Program-made: the position numbers and the translations under genes
DNA from: a virus
Direction: 5' to 3' (one strand)
DNA length: 64,000 nucleotides
Virus record (IMG/VR): IMGVR_UViG_3300022879_000002
Location: 57,876 to 121,875 of that record
The notes under the pieces: model-generated
Seen by the model: the letters and a program-made list of their open reading frames with translations, nothing else
Told to the model about the DNA's origin: nothing
Database searches by the model: none
Shown here: one piece after another, positions 48,682 to 58,812 of the stretch
Layout of the letters: the number at the start of each line of letters is the position of its first letter
Numbering within the stretch: the first letter of the stretch is position 1

Positions 48682-51498
48682 GTGCCTATTCTGTTAGGAA
48701 TAATTGATAGGTATAAAAAGCCTGAGAAATCTAGATTATATTTATGTAAGCCAGATAGAACAACGATTGCAGAATTAACTGAAGCATATAATAAGAACTT
48801 ATCAACTAACTACAATGGAATTCATGAATTAAGTTTTGACATCCCCTACTTGGTAAATCGTAATCATAAGTATGTGAGAAATAAAAATGTCGATTTAATT
48901 CGTGGACATTATTTAATTCGATATGAACGTGGATATGAAAAAGAATATTTTATTATTATTAATCCTAAGAACACAACCAATAATGGTGTAGAAGTCAAAA
49001 ATATTCAATGCTTCTTACTCCCCTATGAATTAAATAAAAAGATCATTCGTGAATTCAGTGGTACAAAACCTCTATATTTGGATGTAGGATCAGAAGGTGT
49101 TTTAAATGAAACTTTACTTGTAAAATCTGATTGGTCAGTTGGTTATATTGATGTAGATATTGCTCAAAAGCATCGAACATTTGATGTTAGCGAACAAGGG
49201 TTGATAGAGTTTATTGGTGAATTATCTGATTTGTATGATGCTGTAATCATATGGGATACCATTAATAAGAAAATTAACTTCTACAAAAATGAAGATATTG
49301 GTACAAATAAGGGATTATCTATTGAACATGGAAAGTATTTAAAATCGTTAGAAGAAAATCCTGATTTTGATTCAGTAGTCACAAGATTATATGTATATGG
49401 TAATGAAGGAATTTCTTTTGCAAGCGTTAATCCAACAGGTGTTCCATTTATAGAATCCTTTGATTTCTATATGTACCCTTTTGAACGTGATGATATTACC
49501 CGAGAAATAATATCCCATTCAAATTATATGACTGATTCACTATGTCATGCCATTCTTGATTACAATGCTTTACTTGATAGCAAACAAGGTGAATTTACAA
49601 ATATGCTTGAACGAAAAAAGCCCATTTTGGAAAATTTACAAACGAAGCAAAATGAATTATTTGTGTTACAGACTCAATTAGATACTATAGAGGATGAGTT
49701 AGCAGTAGCAAATGCGACAATGAAGCCTACAGATGCTCTCATAACACAGAAAATAAATAAACTAGCTGAGATTGCAAGTAAGAATACTGAAATAGATAGC
49801 GTTAAAAACTCTTTACAGAGTATTGATAATGAAATTACAGTATTAAAAAATACAATAGCGATTGAAAATAACTTTACCCGTGATCAAATTATTGAGCGTG
49901 AAAAATTTGCAAATGAATTAGTTTGGTCAAATACAAGTATTTTTGAAGTTGATGACTTATATGAAGAAGGTAAAAAAGAGCTTATTAAAGTCAGTCAACC
50001 ACGTATTTCCTACACTGTAGATATTATAGATTTTCTTAATGTAATCAAATGTCAAAGAGATTGGGATAAGTTAGTGCTAGGTGATTTAGTCACAATCAAA
50101 TATCCTAATTTTGGAGTAGATGTTTTAGCTAAAATTATTTCAATTAAACATGCTGAAGACACTAATAGTTTAAGTATTGAAATAGCAAATGCTCATGACA
50201 TCAAGAATGGATTTATGACTCTTAAAGAGTTATTTAATCGTACTGTATCTAGCTCAACTACACTCGATATGTCTAAGTTTAAATGGGATGAAACGACTAA
50301 AAATACTCATGAAATTGGTGAAATACTCAACAATACATGGTCAGCTATTGATCGAGAAATAAAAGCAGGCGTTAATGAAAGCGTAGATATATCTAGAAAA
50401 GGAATTGTAATTACTAATCCTAATGATCCAAAACGTTTATTAGTTATGCAGCATGGAGTAGTTGGATTATCTAATGATGGAGGTAATACATTTAAACATG
50501 CTATAACACCAGAAGGCATTATTGGTGAACGCATAATTGGTAAACTCCTTCTTGGTGAAAAATTAATTATTGGTGATAGTAATGGCACATTCACAATCAA
50601 TGGTAACTTATTGACCATTCAAGATTTAAACCAAAAGCCACGAGTTAAACTAGGCGAATATACAAAAGGCGTTTACGGTCTTCAGTTATTTGATAAAACT
50701 GGAAATCAAACTATTTTAGATGAAAATGGAATGTTACAAACTTGGCAACAAAATTCAGTTGACAATGTAGATGGTTACAATCCACTTACTTTGGAAGTCT
50801 TCATCCCACAAGAAACACTATCTATAAAAAAGGTAATGTTACGCTTCAAACTACTGCAATTTAGGTCTTATAGTCAAGCTACCACTGGAGGAGGAGGTAC
50901 ATTTTCTTCTACTAGCTCAGGCGGTGGTACATATGGTTCAACAGGCTCAGGCGGTGGTACATATGGTTCAACTGAATATGGAGGAGGTTATTCATCCACC
51001 ACTCCGAGCGGAGGAGGTCAGGTTAAACCAACTAGAGATAGTGGGGATAATGTAGTTTATGATTATGGTCAAACCGAATCAGCATCAGGACATAGTCACT
51101 TATTTAGATATGTTCTTAAGCATAATCACTTAATAGATTTACCAGATCATACTCACAGCTTTTCAATTCCATCACACAGTCATTCAGTTATCATTCCATC
51201 ACATTATCACGACATTACTATAAATGATCACTCTCATTCATTTTCAATACCTGACCACACCCACGCTATATCTCATGGTATCTACAAAAGTACATATGCT
51301 AGACAACTATCTGTACATATTAACGGTGTGAATCGAGATTATGAATTAGGTGGTAAATTTAATGTTGATAGACATGACTTAAATATTACACCTTACTTAA
51401 TTAAAGGTCAGTGGAATACTATTGATTTGTATAGCAGTCAACTAGGGAGAATAGATGCAACTGTATTTGTACAAGCATTAATGGGGTACAACAACTAA
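48682..51498 (+). CDS. tail spike/hub protein (Tal, prophage tail endopeptidase-like)
   Basis: VVTRLYVYGNEG, LGDLVTIK; Gly-rich SGGGTYGST repeats and HSHS/HTH repeats at the C-terminus. Confidence 0.8.
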   Translation: MPILLGIIDRYKKPEKSRLYLCKPDRTTIAELTEAYNKNLSTNYNGIHELSFDIPYLVNRNHKYVRNKNVDLIRGHYLIRYERGYEKEYFIIINPKNTTNNGVEVKNIQCFLLPYELNKKIIREFSGTKPLYLDVGSEGVLNETLLVKSDWSVGYIDVDIAQKHRTFDVSEQGLIEFIGELSDLYDAVIIWDTINKKINFYKNEDIGTNKGLSIEHGKYLKSLEENPDFDSVVTRLYVYGNEGISFASVNPTGVPFIESFDFYMYPFERDDITREIISHSNYMTDSLCHAILDYNALLDSKQGEFTNMLERKKPILENLQTKQNELFVLQTQLDTIEDELAVANATMKPTDALITQKINKLAEIASKNTEIDSVKNSLQSIDNEITVLKNTIAIENNFTRDQIIEREKFANELVWSNTSIFEVDDLYEEGKKELIKVSQPRISYTVDIIDFLNVIKCQRDWDKLVLGDLVTIKYPNFGVDVLAKIISIKHAEDTNSLSIEIANAHDIKNGFMTLKELFNRTVSSSTTLDMSKFKWDETTKNTHEIGEILNNTWSAIDREIKAGVNESVDISRKGIVITNPNDPKRLLVMQHGVVGLSNDGGNTFKHAITPEGIIGERIIGKLLLGEKLIIGDSNGTFTINGNLLTIQDLNQKPRVKLGEYTKGVYGLQLFDKTGNQTILDENGMLQTWQQNSVDNVDGYNPLTLEVFIPQETLSIKKVMLRFKLLQFRSYSQATTGGGGTFSSTSSGGGTYGSTGSGGGTYGSTEYGGGYSSTTPSGGGQVKPTRDSGDNVVYDYGQTESASGHSHLFRYVLKHNHLIDLPDHTHSFSIPSHSHSVIIPSHYHDITINDHSHSFSIPDHTHAISHGIYKSTYARQLSVHINGVNRDYELGGKFNVDRHDLNITPYLIKGQWNTIDLYSSQLGRIDATVFVQALMGYNN

Positions 51499-51539
51499 TT
51501 ATTACATAAAATACAAATATTATTTAAATGGAGGAAGTT

Positions 51540-51719
51540 ATGGACACAATCAAAATTATTTTACAAAATAATAAAGATTTTGAAACCCAAGTAGAATCTT
51601 ACAATGCATTAGAATTAGCAAAATCAATCAGTGAATCAGAAAGTGTCATTGTTCAAATTGGGGACATTATCGTTAATAAACATCATATTGAATGCATTCA
51701 CAAAGTATCTAATCAGTAG
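51540..51719 (+). CDS. small hypothetical protein
   Basis: GGAGG RBS before ATG at 51540. Confidence 0.55.
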   Translation: MDTIKIILQNNKDFETQVESYNALELAKSISESESVIVQIGDIIVNKHHIECIHKVSNQ

Positions 51720-51758
51720 AAAATTAGGTACTTTTTTATTTTATATAGGAGGTAAATT

Positions 51759-54056
51759 ATGAAGAGATACGAAGGTAGTCCTGCTGTAGTTATTGAACGA
51801 AGAAAAGGTACACCTGACTCCCCTTTCAGCAATATGAATGAGTCACTTGTAGTTACAGGTGATGGAAAAGTTTTATTATCTGAAATTCCTAATGAATTAA
51901 ATCGAATTATTGTTACCTCTGAAGATAACATTACTTGGTATGAAACTACAGAAGGAAAAATCCCAGAGAATGGATTTAAAGTTGATTACATTAATAAACT
52001 AGTGACCTTCAATACAATTCATGTAGGAAAGCAATTGCATTTTAAATATCTAGGAGAAGGAAATCATTATTATAGCCCCCACTCTATTTACACGAAATTA
52101 GATGAAAATGATTCAGTTGTAGAAACATTAGGTGGTTTAATTGAAAATGGGCTTGGTGCTTTAGATGCTTTAGAAAAATTAGATGAAAAGCTAAATGAGG
52201 TAACTCAGGCTACAAACAATGCAATCAGTGCAACTAATGATACTAGAGAGGTAATCACAGAAGGCAACCAAGTTATCAATACTGCCAACGAAAAGATTGT
52301 AGAAGTTGATGGCAAAATTAATGAAGCAACAACAAAGATTTCTGAACTAAACACTAAGTTAGACGAAGCAACATCTACTATAAATGATGTTAAAGAACAG
52401 TCAGCTAGTGTGGAAAATATCATTACCAATGGTCAAAATGTAATTGATAACGCACAACTACTCATCAATGAAGTTAAATCAGTAGGTAAATTTAATCTAA
52501 CAACACCTTATAAAAAAAATAATACTGTGTTAGATAATGGTTCAACTTGGATTGCACTAAAAGACACTCTGAACAACCCCCTCCCTGTTTTACCTATTGT
52601 AGAAAATACATATTGGAGATTGACAGCAATACATGGTTCTAAAGGAGACAAAGGTGATACTGGTGCTGCATTAAGCATCTTAGGAAGATTGACTGATGCT
52701 TCTGAGTTACCTCCTACTGGTCAAGCAGGAGATGCCTACACAGTTAATGGTGAATTATATGTATGGTCAGAGAATACATATGCATGGGAAAATGTAGGTA
52801 ACATCAAAGGTGAAAAAGGAGACAAAGGTGATACTGGAGAAAATGGTGAATCAGCTTATGAAGTTGCAGTAGATAATGGATTTGTTGGTACATCGGAAGA
52901 ATGGTTGACTTCTCTCAAGGGTGAACGTGGAGAAATTGGTAAAATGACAAAGTACGAATACACTATTCCTGCAACAAGTGAAGGTCAAACCACTTTAGAA
53001 ATTCCTCTATCAACCTTATCAGTAGACGATGATTTGCTTTTAGTATTGAATGGGACAGTCTTATATTCAGATACTGACTACACTATCTCAGGAAGTATGG
53101 TTAGTCTAAAGCAACCTGTTCTAGATTATACTAACTCTACATTTTTTGTTAGAGTTCTTAAAAACGTACCAAAAGGTAGTGAAATACCAACTGGTGATGG
53201 CAGCTTATTAACTGATGGTAGTGTAACTAAACAGAAATTAGAATCATCTTTACAACAGGATATCAATACTACTACTGAGCATTTGGCACAAATTGCAACT
53301 ACTACTAAATTAGGACATATGATGGTCGGTGAGAACCTAGAAATCACACCAGAAGGTGTTTTAAATGCCTTAGGTAGTTCTGCTGAGATTAAACCGTACA
53401 ACACTGGACATTTAAATGACTTAAAAGAATTCGGAGCTTACTCTTCGTTAGGTGGTACAGTCGCAAGAGGTTTTCCTAACGAAGTATCTGACCTACATAA
53501 AACGCTGATTGAGGTTTTTCCTACTGGCGATGGTTGGTTACTACAACGCTTTACGTGGTGGAGTAATTCGAAAGTAAACAGGTATGAGCGAGGATTCTAC
53601 ATGAACATTTGGGGTGATTGGCATACTATGCCTACTTCTGTAATCAATACATTCAATAATGCACAAGCAACAGATGCCGCATCAGCACATCTAGTTATGC
53701 AAGTTAACAATAAAATTGATGCTCAGACAGTATTAATGCCTATACTATCTCCTTTTGGAAGTTTCGCTGCTAGTCTTGACCCTAGATTCAAGGTTATCGG
53801 TGGTGCTGGAGGAGTAAAAGGATATGTAAAAGTTGCAAATACTTTAACATCTAATCATATATGTTCGATACCATACGAATATGCACCATCTACTGATGTC
53901 CCATTTACCATAAGAAGAGTAAGAGGTAATGCTACTGTGGTGCTTAATGGACTTGTGAATAATGGTGGAGCTATTCTAGTTGATTCTTCTCAAACGAACC
54001 AACTAGCTATCGGAGATTTTGTAATGTTCAATTTTATGTATCTGTACCAAAACTAG
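51759..54056 (+). CDS. tail fibre/receptor-binding protein with coiled coil, collagen-like repeats and knob domain
   Basis: G-X-Y repeats (GDKGDTG, GEKGDKGDTGENG); heptad region; C-terminal knob/beta-sandwich. Confidence 0.8.
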   Translation: MKRYEGSPAVVIERRKGTPDSPFSNMNESLVVTGDGKVLLSEIPNELNRIIVTSEDNITWYETTEGKIPENGFKVDYINKLVTFNTIHVGKQLHFKYLGEGNHYYSPHSIYTKLDENDSVVETLGGLIENGLGALDALEKLDEKLNEVTQATNNAISATNDTREVITEGNQVINTANEKIVEVDGKINEATTKISELNTKLDEATSTINDVKEQSASVENIITNGQNVIDNAQLLINEVKSVGKFNLTTPYKKNNTVLDNGSTWIALKDTLNNPLPVLPIVENTYWRLTAIHGSKGDKGDTGAALSILGRLTDASELPPTGQAGDAYTVNGELYVWSENTYAWENVGNIKGEKGDKGDTGENGESAYEVAVDNGFVGTSEEWLTSLKGERGEIGKMTKYEYTIPATSEGQTTLEIPLSTLSVDDDLLLVLNGTVLYSDTDYTISGSMVSLKQPVLDYTNSTFFVRVLKNVPKGSEIPTGDGSLLTDGSVTKQKLESSLQQDINTTTEHLAQIATTTKLGHMMVGENLEITPEGVLNALGSSAEIKPYNTGHLNDLKEFGAYSSLGGTVARGFPNEVSDLHKTLIEVFPTGDGWLLQRFTWWSNSKVNRYERGFYMNIWGDWHTMPTSVINTFNNAQATDAASAHLVMQVNNKIDAQTVLMPILSPFGSFAASLDPRFKVIGGAGGVKGYVKVANTLTSNHICSIPYEYAPSTDVPFTIRRVRGNATVVLNGLVNNGGAILVDSSQTNQLAIGDFVMFNFMYLYQN

Positions 54057-54071
54057 ATAGGAGATGGCGAT

Positions 54072-54377
54072 ATGGAGCAAGGAGCAACACAAGATTTAAC
54101 TTATGCATTTATAGTAGATGAAAATGGATTTATTTTAAAGGCAACTATAAATCCAGAAAATCATGAAAATGTAGTTACTGATTTAAATATCACAGATTTT
54201 GATAAACCTAAATGGAACGGTACAGAATGGGTTGAAGGGTTAACAGAAGAAGAAAGAGCTGAACGTGAGGAACAGCAATTACTAGAGTCCTTAAAACCCT
54301 CACCCTCTCAAATTGCTGACGCAGAACTAGAAATTAAGATACTAACCACTCTTGCAGAATTGGGGGTTAAACAATGA
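54072..54377 (+). CDS. tail-fibre assembly chaperone-like protein, copy 1
   Basis: PKWNGTEWVEG...LLESLKPSPSQIADAELEIK. Confidence 0.7.
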   Translation: MEQGATQDLTYAFIVDENGFILKATINPENHENVVTDLNITDFDKPKWNGTEWVEGLTEEERAEREEQQLLESLKPSPSQIADAELEIKILTTLAELGVKQ

Positions 54378-54553
54378 CAGAAGAAAAACATCTTGAAGGA
54401 TTAACAGAATTGCAAAAAAGACTAACTAAAGCCTATGCGACAAGTGTTTTGGGCGAAGTACGAACGATTGAGGATGTAAAACCCATTGAACTTCAACGTT
54501 ATGTAGAATTAGAAATTGCAGAACGTGAAATTGATGCATTAGCTAATGAATAA
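54374..54553 (+). CDS. small CD1375-like tail-associated protein, copy 1 (not in ORF track)
   Basis: 59 aa MTEEKHLEGL...KAYATSVLGEVRTIEDVKP; ATGA overlap with the upstream gene. Confidence 0.75.
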   Translation: MTEEKHLEGLTELQKRLTKAYATSVLGEVRTIEDVKPIELQRYVELEIAEREIDALANE

Positions 54554-54737
54554 ACGTTCCATATTGTTCTGTAAGTAGTTTACATAGTCAGTATTACATC
54601 ATAGCAACCATAATAATTATATAAAACAAGAATTTTATTTAAATATCGTTATAATAATCCCCTACTTCTTAATTGATTTAGGGGATTAATTTATTTGAAG
54701 AATTATCAAACAGAGTAACAGAAAGAAGGAGATACAA

Positions 54738-55208
54738 TTGGCAAGAAATCGTATTTCTAAAAATGAATTAAATGCGGATTTACAATTAGAATTTGAAGAA
54801 TTTACTGAGCATACATCTGATAATGCGAGGCACGTCACACAAGTAGAAAAAGACGGATGGAATAGTAAAGCAGGCAAAACAATAGAATCACCAATGACAG
54901 TTCCTCTAAGTGCACCATGGAGCAATGCGGAGCCAATAACTGCCTATGCGCCACTGACATATTACAAAGATAATTTTGGGATAGTTCACATGCAAGGGTC
55001 TGTCAAAAGTTCAGGCGGTTCACTGACAATATTTACATTGCCTGTAGGATACAGACCATCGACAATTGTGAACGGATTAGCTTTTGACACAAAAGGCAGT
55101 GCTACAGTACCTGTGGCTTTGGTCTATATTAATACAAACGGACAAGTACGACTTGACGGAAACACTGCCAATAACCCAATTTCTTTAATTGTTTCGTTTC
55201 AAACCTAA
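54738..55208 (+). CDS. stand-alone alternative tail-fibre tip domain
   Basis: YYKDNFGIVHMQGSVK...IFTLPVGYRP fibre-tip motif; N-terminus aligns with the constant/variable junction of the main fibre. Confidence 0.7.
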   Translation: MARNRISKNELNADLQLEFEEFTEHTSDNARHVTQVEKDGWNSKAGKTIESPMTVPLSAPWSNAEPITAYAPLTYYKDNFGIVHMQGSVKSSGGSLTIFTLPVGYRPSTIVNGLAFDTKGSATVPVALVYINTNGQVRLDGNTANNPISLIVSFQT

Positions 55209-55223
55209 TGAGAGGGGGATTAC

Positions 55224-55532
55224 ATGAGAAAACATATTTATAAAATAGACGACAAAGGGTTTGTTTCTGATATTGAGGTAGGAACTTTTGATACCGACGG
55301 TAATTTAATCAGCCATACTGTTGAATATATAACAATGGACTATCCTCCAGAATATTATAAGCCAAGATGGACAGGTATCAAATGGGTTGAAGGTGAAACT
55401 AAAGAGGAAAAAGATGGACGTGAAGCACAACGATTACTTGAATCCTTAAAACCTTCTCCATCGGAAATAGCTGATGCAGAATTAGAAATAAAGATGATTA
55501 CAATGCTTACAGAAATGGGGGTTATCCAATGA
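55224..55532 (+). CDS. tail-fibre assembly chaperone-like protein, copy 2
   Basis: PRWTGIKWVEG...LLESLKPSPSEIADAELEIK; paralog of 54072-54377. Confidence 0.75.
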   Translation: MRKHIYKIDDKGFVSDIEVGTFDTDGNLISHTVEYITMDYPPEYYKPRWTGIKWVEGETKEEKDGREAQRLLESLKPSPSEIADAELEIKMITMLTEMGVIQ

Positions 55533-55705
55533 CAGAGATACATTTAGAAGGACTGACATTGGTGCAAAAACGATTAGTTAAAGCGTATGCAACTAGCGTA
55601 ATGGGAGAAGTAAGGACTGTTGAGGACGTTAAACCAACAGAGCTACAAAGTTATGTGAAATTAGAAATTGCTGAACGTGAAATTGCTGTTTTGGCAGGTG
55701 AATAA
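55529..55705 (+). CDS. small CD1375-like tail-associated protein, copy 2 (not in ORF track)
   Basis: 58 aa MTEIHLEGL...KAYATSVMGEVRTVEDVKP; paralog of 54374-54553. Confidence 0.75.
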   Translation: MTEIHLEGLTLVQKRLVKAYATSVMGEVRTVEDVKPTELQSYVKLEIAEREIAVLAGE

Positions 55706-55794
55706 TAGTTCCATATTGCCTAGAAGTACTACTCTTTATGAGTAGTTATTTATGAATTTTTATAATAGACATATATTATTTAGGAGGTGTTTAA

Positions 55795-56085
55795 GTGACA
55801 GTACAAGTAGAATATGTAAATTATAATGAAACAATTCAATCTGCAAAATTACCGATTGAAAAAGATATTTATCAAGTTATTACTCCTGTCGTAAATAAAG
55901 TTGAAACAAATGGTCAAACAGTAATTGAACGTTACGTTGAAATTGCTTTACATGATGAACGTCTAAGTAACACTATTACAAAGAAATATTCTCAAAAGGA
56001 AATGCTAGAGTACATCAGGCTTTTACAACGAATGGTTAAAGAAATAATGATTGAAGATATTGCCAGTAATACTAATTGTAAATAA
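55795..56085 (+). CDS. hypothetical protein
   Basis: AGGAGGTG RBS with GTG start. Confidence 0.65.
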   Translation: MTVQVEYVNYNETIQSAKLPIEKDIYQVITPVVNKVETNGQTVIERYVEIALHDERLSNTITKKYSQKEMLEYIRLLQRMVKEIMIEDIASNTNCK

Positions 56086-56118
56086 TAAAATACATAATCA
56101 TTGGAGGAAGTAAAATTT

Positions 56119-56586
56119 ATGAAGTTAAACTTAGTACGTGATTTAGAAAAAGGTATTTATTCTGTAGATGTGAAATCTGTAGTGTTGGATGAAACAGAAA
56201 AAGAACTAATTAAAGATGCCGAAGCTCAAAAATTAGATATTGCAGGTGATATTGTTAAAACAACAATTGAGAATGTTATTACTAAAGTTCCTATTGTAGA
56301 CTCAGACAACAAACCAATTTTAGACGAAAATAATAATCCTACATATAATGAAGTTGTAGTTCCTACTGAAAAAGAGGAAGTGTTATTACGTCTAGGTTCA
56401 AAGTATAAAGTCTTCCCTTCTGATATTCCTTTCTCACGTAGTTTCAGTTCTGCTGAATTTGGTGATAAAACACAAACTATCGCTGAAGCGTATGCAGAAA
56501 CAATTGAGAAACGCATTGAAAAAATTATGACTAATCTACGTGCTAAACCAGATACATTCAGTAAAGACGAAGAGATTATAATTTAA
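56119..56586 (+). CDS. hypothetical protein
   Basis: GGAGG RBS before ATG at 56119. Confidence 0.65.
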   Translation: MKLNLVRDLEKGIYSVDVKSVVLDETEKELIKDAEAQKLDIAGDIVKTTIENVITKVPIVDSDNKPILDENNNPTYNEVVVPTEKEEVLLRLGSKYKVFPSDIPFSRSFSSAEFGDKTQTIAEAYAETIEKRIEKIMTNLRAKPDTFSKDEEIII

Positions 56587-56759
56587 TAAAATACACATTA
56601 TATTTAAAGATAAGTGTACAAAAATTCATATAGTACGAATGTACGAATGATAAATGTATAAACATATTATATCCGTATTAAAATACAATACTTTTTAGAG
56701 TAGGCGTGAGTTTTATCTCCCCTACTCTTTTTATTATTTTAAAGAAGTCGGTGATTAAA

Positions 56760-57173
56760 TTGGATAACGAAAAGCTTGGTGAACGATTGGCAAGCGTGGA
56801 AACTGAGTTAAAAAATCAAGGCAGTAGAATCTCTAATTTTGAAAAAGACAAAGAGCTACTATATCGTTTAACAGTTGTTTCAGAACAGCAGCAGGAAATG
56901 AATAAAAATCAACAAATACAACTAAACAAAATGGACGAAACTTTTAACAATATAAATGTAAATTTAACTAAGCTAAATATGTCACAAGATGAATTACAGA
57001 ACGATGTTAAAAGTATTGGAAAACGTGTAGATGGTATTGAAGAAGATCTAAAGTCTGAATCAAGTAAGGATAATATTTCTATAAGTGAAACAATTAAAAA
57101 ATACATACATTGGTGGTTACTACTCCCCCTCGCAATCATCGGGGCGTATTTCATGAAATGGCTAGGGCTATAA
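56760..57173 (+). CDS. coiled-coil protein with C-terminal TM helix (lysis-accessory/holin-like)
   Basis: heptad N-terminus, WWLLLPLAIIGAYFMKWLGL C-terminus; upstream of the holin; TTG start after CGGTGA. Confidence 0.6.
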   Translation: MDNEKLGERLASVETELKNQGSRISNFEKDKELLYRLTVVSEQQQEMNKNQQIQLNKMDETFNNINVNLTKLNMSQDELQNDVKSIGKRVDGIEEDLKSESSKDNISISETIKKYIHWWLLLPLAIIGAYFMKWLGL

Positions 57174-57190
57174 GAAAGGAATTGATAAAT

Positions 57191-57475
57191 ATGAAAATTA
57201 ACTGGAAAGTACGTATCTATAACCCACAGTTCTGGATTGCTATTGGAATTATATTCTTCACTAACTTATTTGCAATGGCAGATGTGTCTTTTGAAGATGT
57301 AACAAGTTGGAGTAAATTAGGTGGTTTAATTTTAGATGCTTTGAAGAACCCATACACATTTATTAATTTAGGGGCATTCATTTATTTAGCAGTTGTAGAT
57401 TTCACAACAAAAGGTATTAATGATAGTGACTTAGTTATGAATCGTTTGCGATCTAAAAGTAATGTTAAGAAATAA
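57191..57475 (+). CDS. phage holin (phiLC3-like)
   Basis: MKINWKVRIYNPQFW... with two TM segments, V.DFTTKGINDS. Confidence 0.85.
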   Translation: MKINWKVRIYNPQFWIAIGIIFFTNLFAMADVSFEDVTSWSKLGGLILDALKNPYTFINLGAFIYLAVVDFTTKGINDSDLVMNRLRSKSNVKK

Positions 57476-57559
57476 ATCATTTATTGGATTGGTACTACTT
57501 TGTATCTCTTATTATTTATTGAAAGTTCCAAGAAAAAGAAAGGAATAAATCAACAAATG

Positions 57560-57733
57560 AAAAAAGATTATATTGTACTTTCTCAACGTCTTGCAGGTGC
57601 ATTGATGCAAAATGGGTTTGTTCTTCAAAAAATGAAGCCTAGTAATAAAAATAGAGTCAAACGTAATGTTTTTATTTTTAATGAATCTAATGAATTAATT
57701 AACTTCATTCATAATTATAACTCAAACAAATAA
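57560..57733 (+). CDS. small DUF5659-like protein
   Basis: IVLSQRLAGALMQNGFVL...NVFIFNES; AAGGA RBS. Confidence 0.55.
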   Translation, partial: KKDYIVLSQRLAGALMQNGFVLQKMKPSNKNRVKRNVFIFNESNELINFIHNYNSNK

Positions 57734-57745
57734 ACAAGAATATTT

Positions 57746-57777
57746 AGACTTCACGCTTCATTGTGTGGGGTCTTTTT
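57746..57777 (+). terminator. intrinsic terminator
   Basis: AGACTTCAC...GTGGGGTCT followed by a T tract. Confidence 0.6.
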
Positions 57778-57822
57778 CTTTTGTTTAAAAATCAAACTAA
57801 CGAAAGTAGGATTTAAATTTAA

Positions 57823-58812
57823 ATGTGCAAAGACAATGAATACGTAAATATTAAAAACAGCGAAGCCTTAGACGAATCAGTACCATTAGTAGACAACGCA
57901 ATGCTAAAACACTCCCCTCACCTATTTGAAGAATGGGATTTTGGAAAGAATGATGAGTTAGGTTTAGATGTTTATAAGGTCACTAAAGGGAGTAAGAAAA
58001 AGGCATGGTGGAGATGTGGATTAGGACATGAATGGGAAACTACTATACAAACAAGAACTAGGGGTAGTGGATGTCCGTATTGTGCAAATTATAAGCCTAA
58101 AATATTAAGAGGATATAATGACTTGTGGACTACTGACCCAGAGACTGCAAAGTTATTACTAAATCCTAATGATGGTTACGTTTATTCAAAAGGTAGTGGA
58201 AAGAAAGTTGATTGGAAATGTGCTTGCGGAAATTTAATTTTAAATAAAGCAATATATACTATTAAAGAAAATAAGTTGCCTTGTCCAAGGTGTTCTGATG
58301 GATCTTCGTACGCAGAAAAATTTATTTTTAATGTACTAAAAATGTATACTAATGATTTTGTATGGGAAAAAACTTTTGATTGGTCAAATAATAAGAGATA
58401 TGATTTTTATTTACCAGAGTACAATATTATTATTGAAGTTCACGGTAAGCAACACTATGAAGAATCAATATCTTCTTTGTCTGGAGTTTCATTAAAGCAA
58501 GAACAAGAAAATGACACTTACAAGAGAGAATTGGCTTTAAAAAACGGAATAAATGAATATATTGTCATAGATGCTAGAAGAGCAGATTCTACTTTTATAT
58601 TAAAATCTATCTACAATAGTAATTTATCTAAATTTTTTGATTTGTCAAGACTAGATATAAAGACTTTAAAAAATAAAGTTAAATCTAATATACATAAACG
58701 AATAATGGAACTACATATTGAAGGATTAAACAAGTTTCAGATCTCTGATATCGTAAAATTCAAACCAGACACCATTAGAAAAATAATTAGAAAATATAGG
58801 AAGGTGATATGA
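57823..58812 (+). CDS. second free-standing Zn-ribbon endonuclease-like protein (paralog of 38657-40726)
   Basis: NAMLK.....F.EWDF.KN.ELGL..YK.TKGS.K..WW shared N-terminus; RYDFYLP...IEVHGKQHYE. Confidence 0.8.
   Translation: MCKDNEYVNIKNSEALDESVPLVDNAMLKHSPHLFEEWDFGKNDELGLDVYKVTKGSKKKAWWRCGLGHEWETTIQTRTRGSGCPYCANYKPKILRGYNDLWTTDPETAKLLLNPNDGYVYSKGSGKKVDWKCACGNLILNKAIYTIKENKLPCPRCSDGSSYAEKFIFNVLKMYTNDFVWEKTFDWSNNKRYDFYLPEYNIIIEVHGKQHYEESISSLSGVSLKQEQENDTYKRELALKNGINEYIVIDARRADSTFILKSIYNSNLSKFFDLSRLDIKTLKNKVKSNIHKRIMELHIEGLNKFQISDIVKFKPDTIRKIIRKYRKVI

Noticed and set aside
50880-51270. Short tandem repeats (GGCGGTGGTACATATGGTTCA; CATxCxCAx) as a DGR or VNTR system
   Set aside because: They encode Gly-rich and His-rich repeats common in tail spike proteins; no reverse transcriptase present
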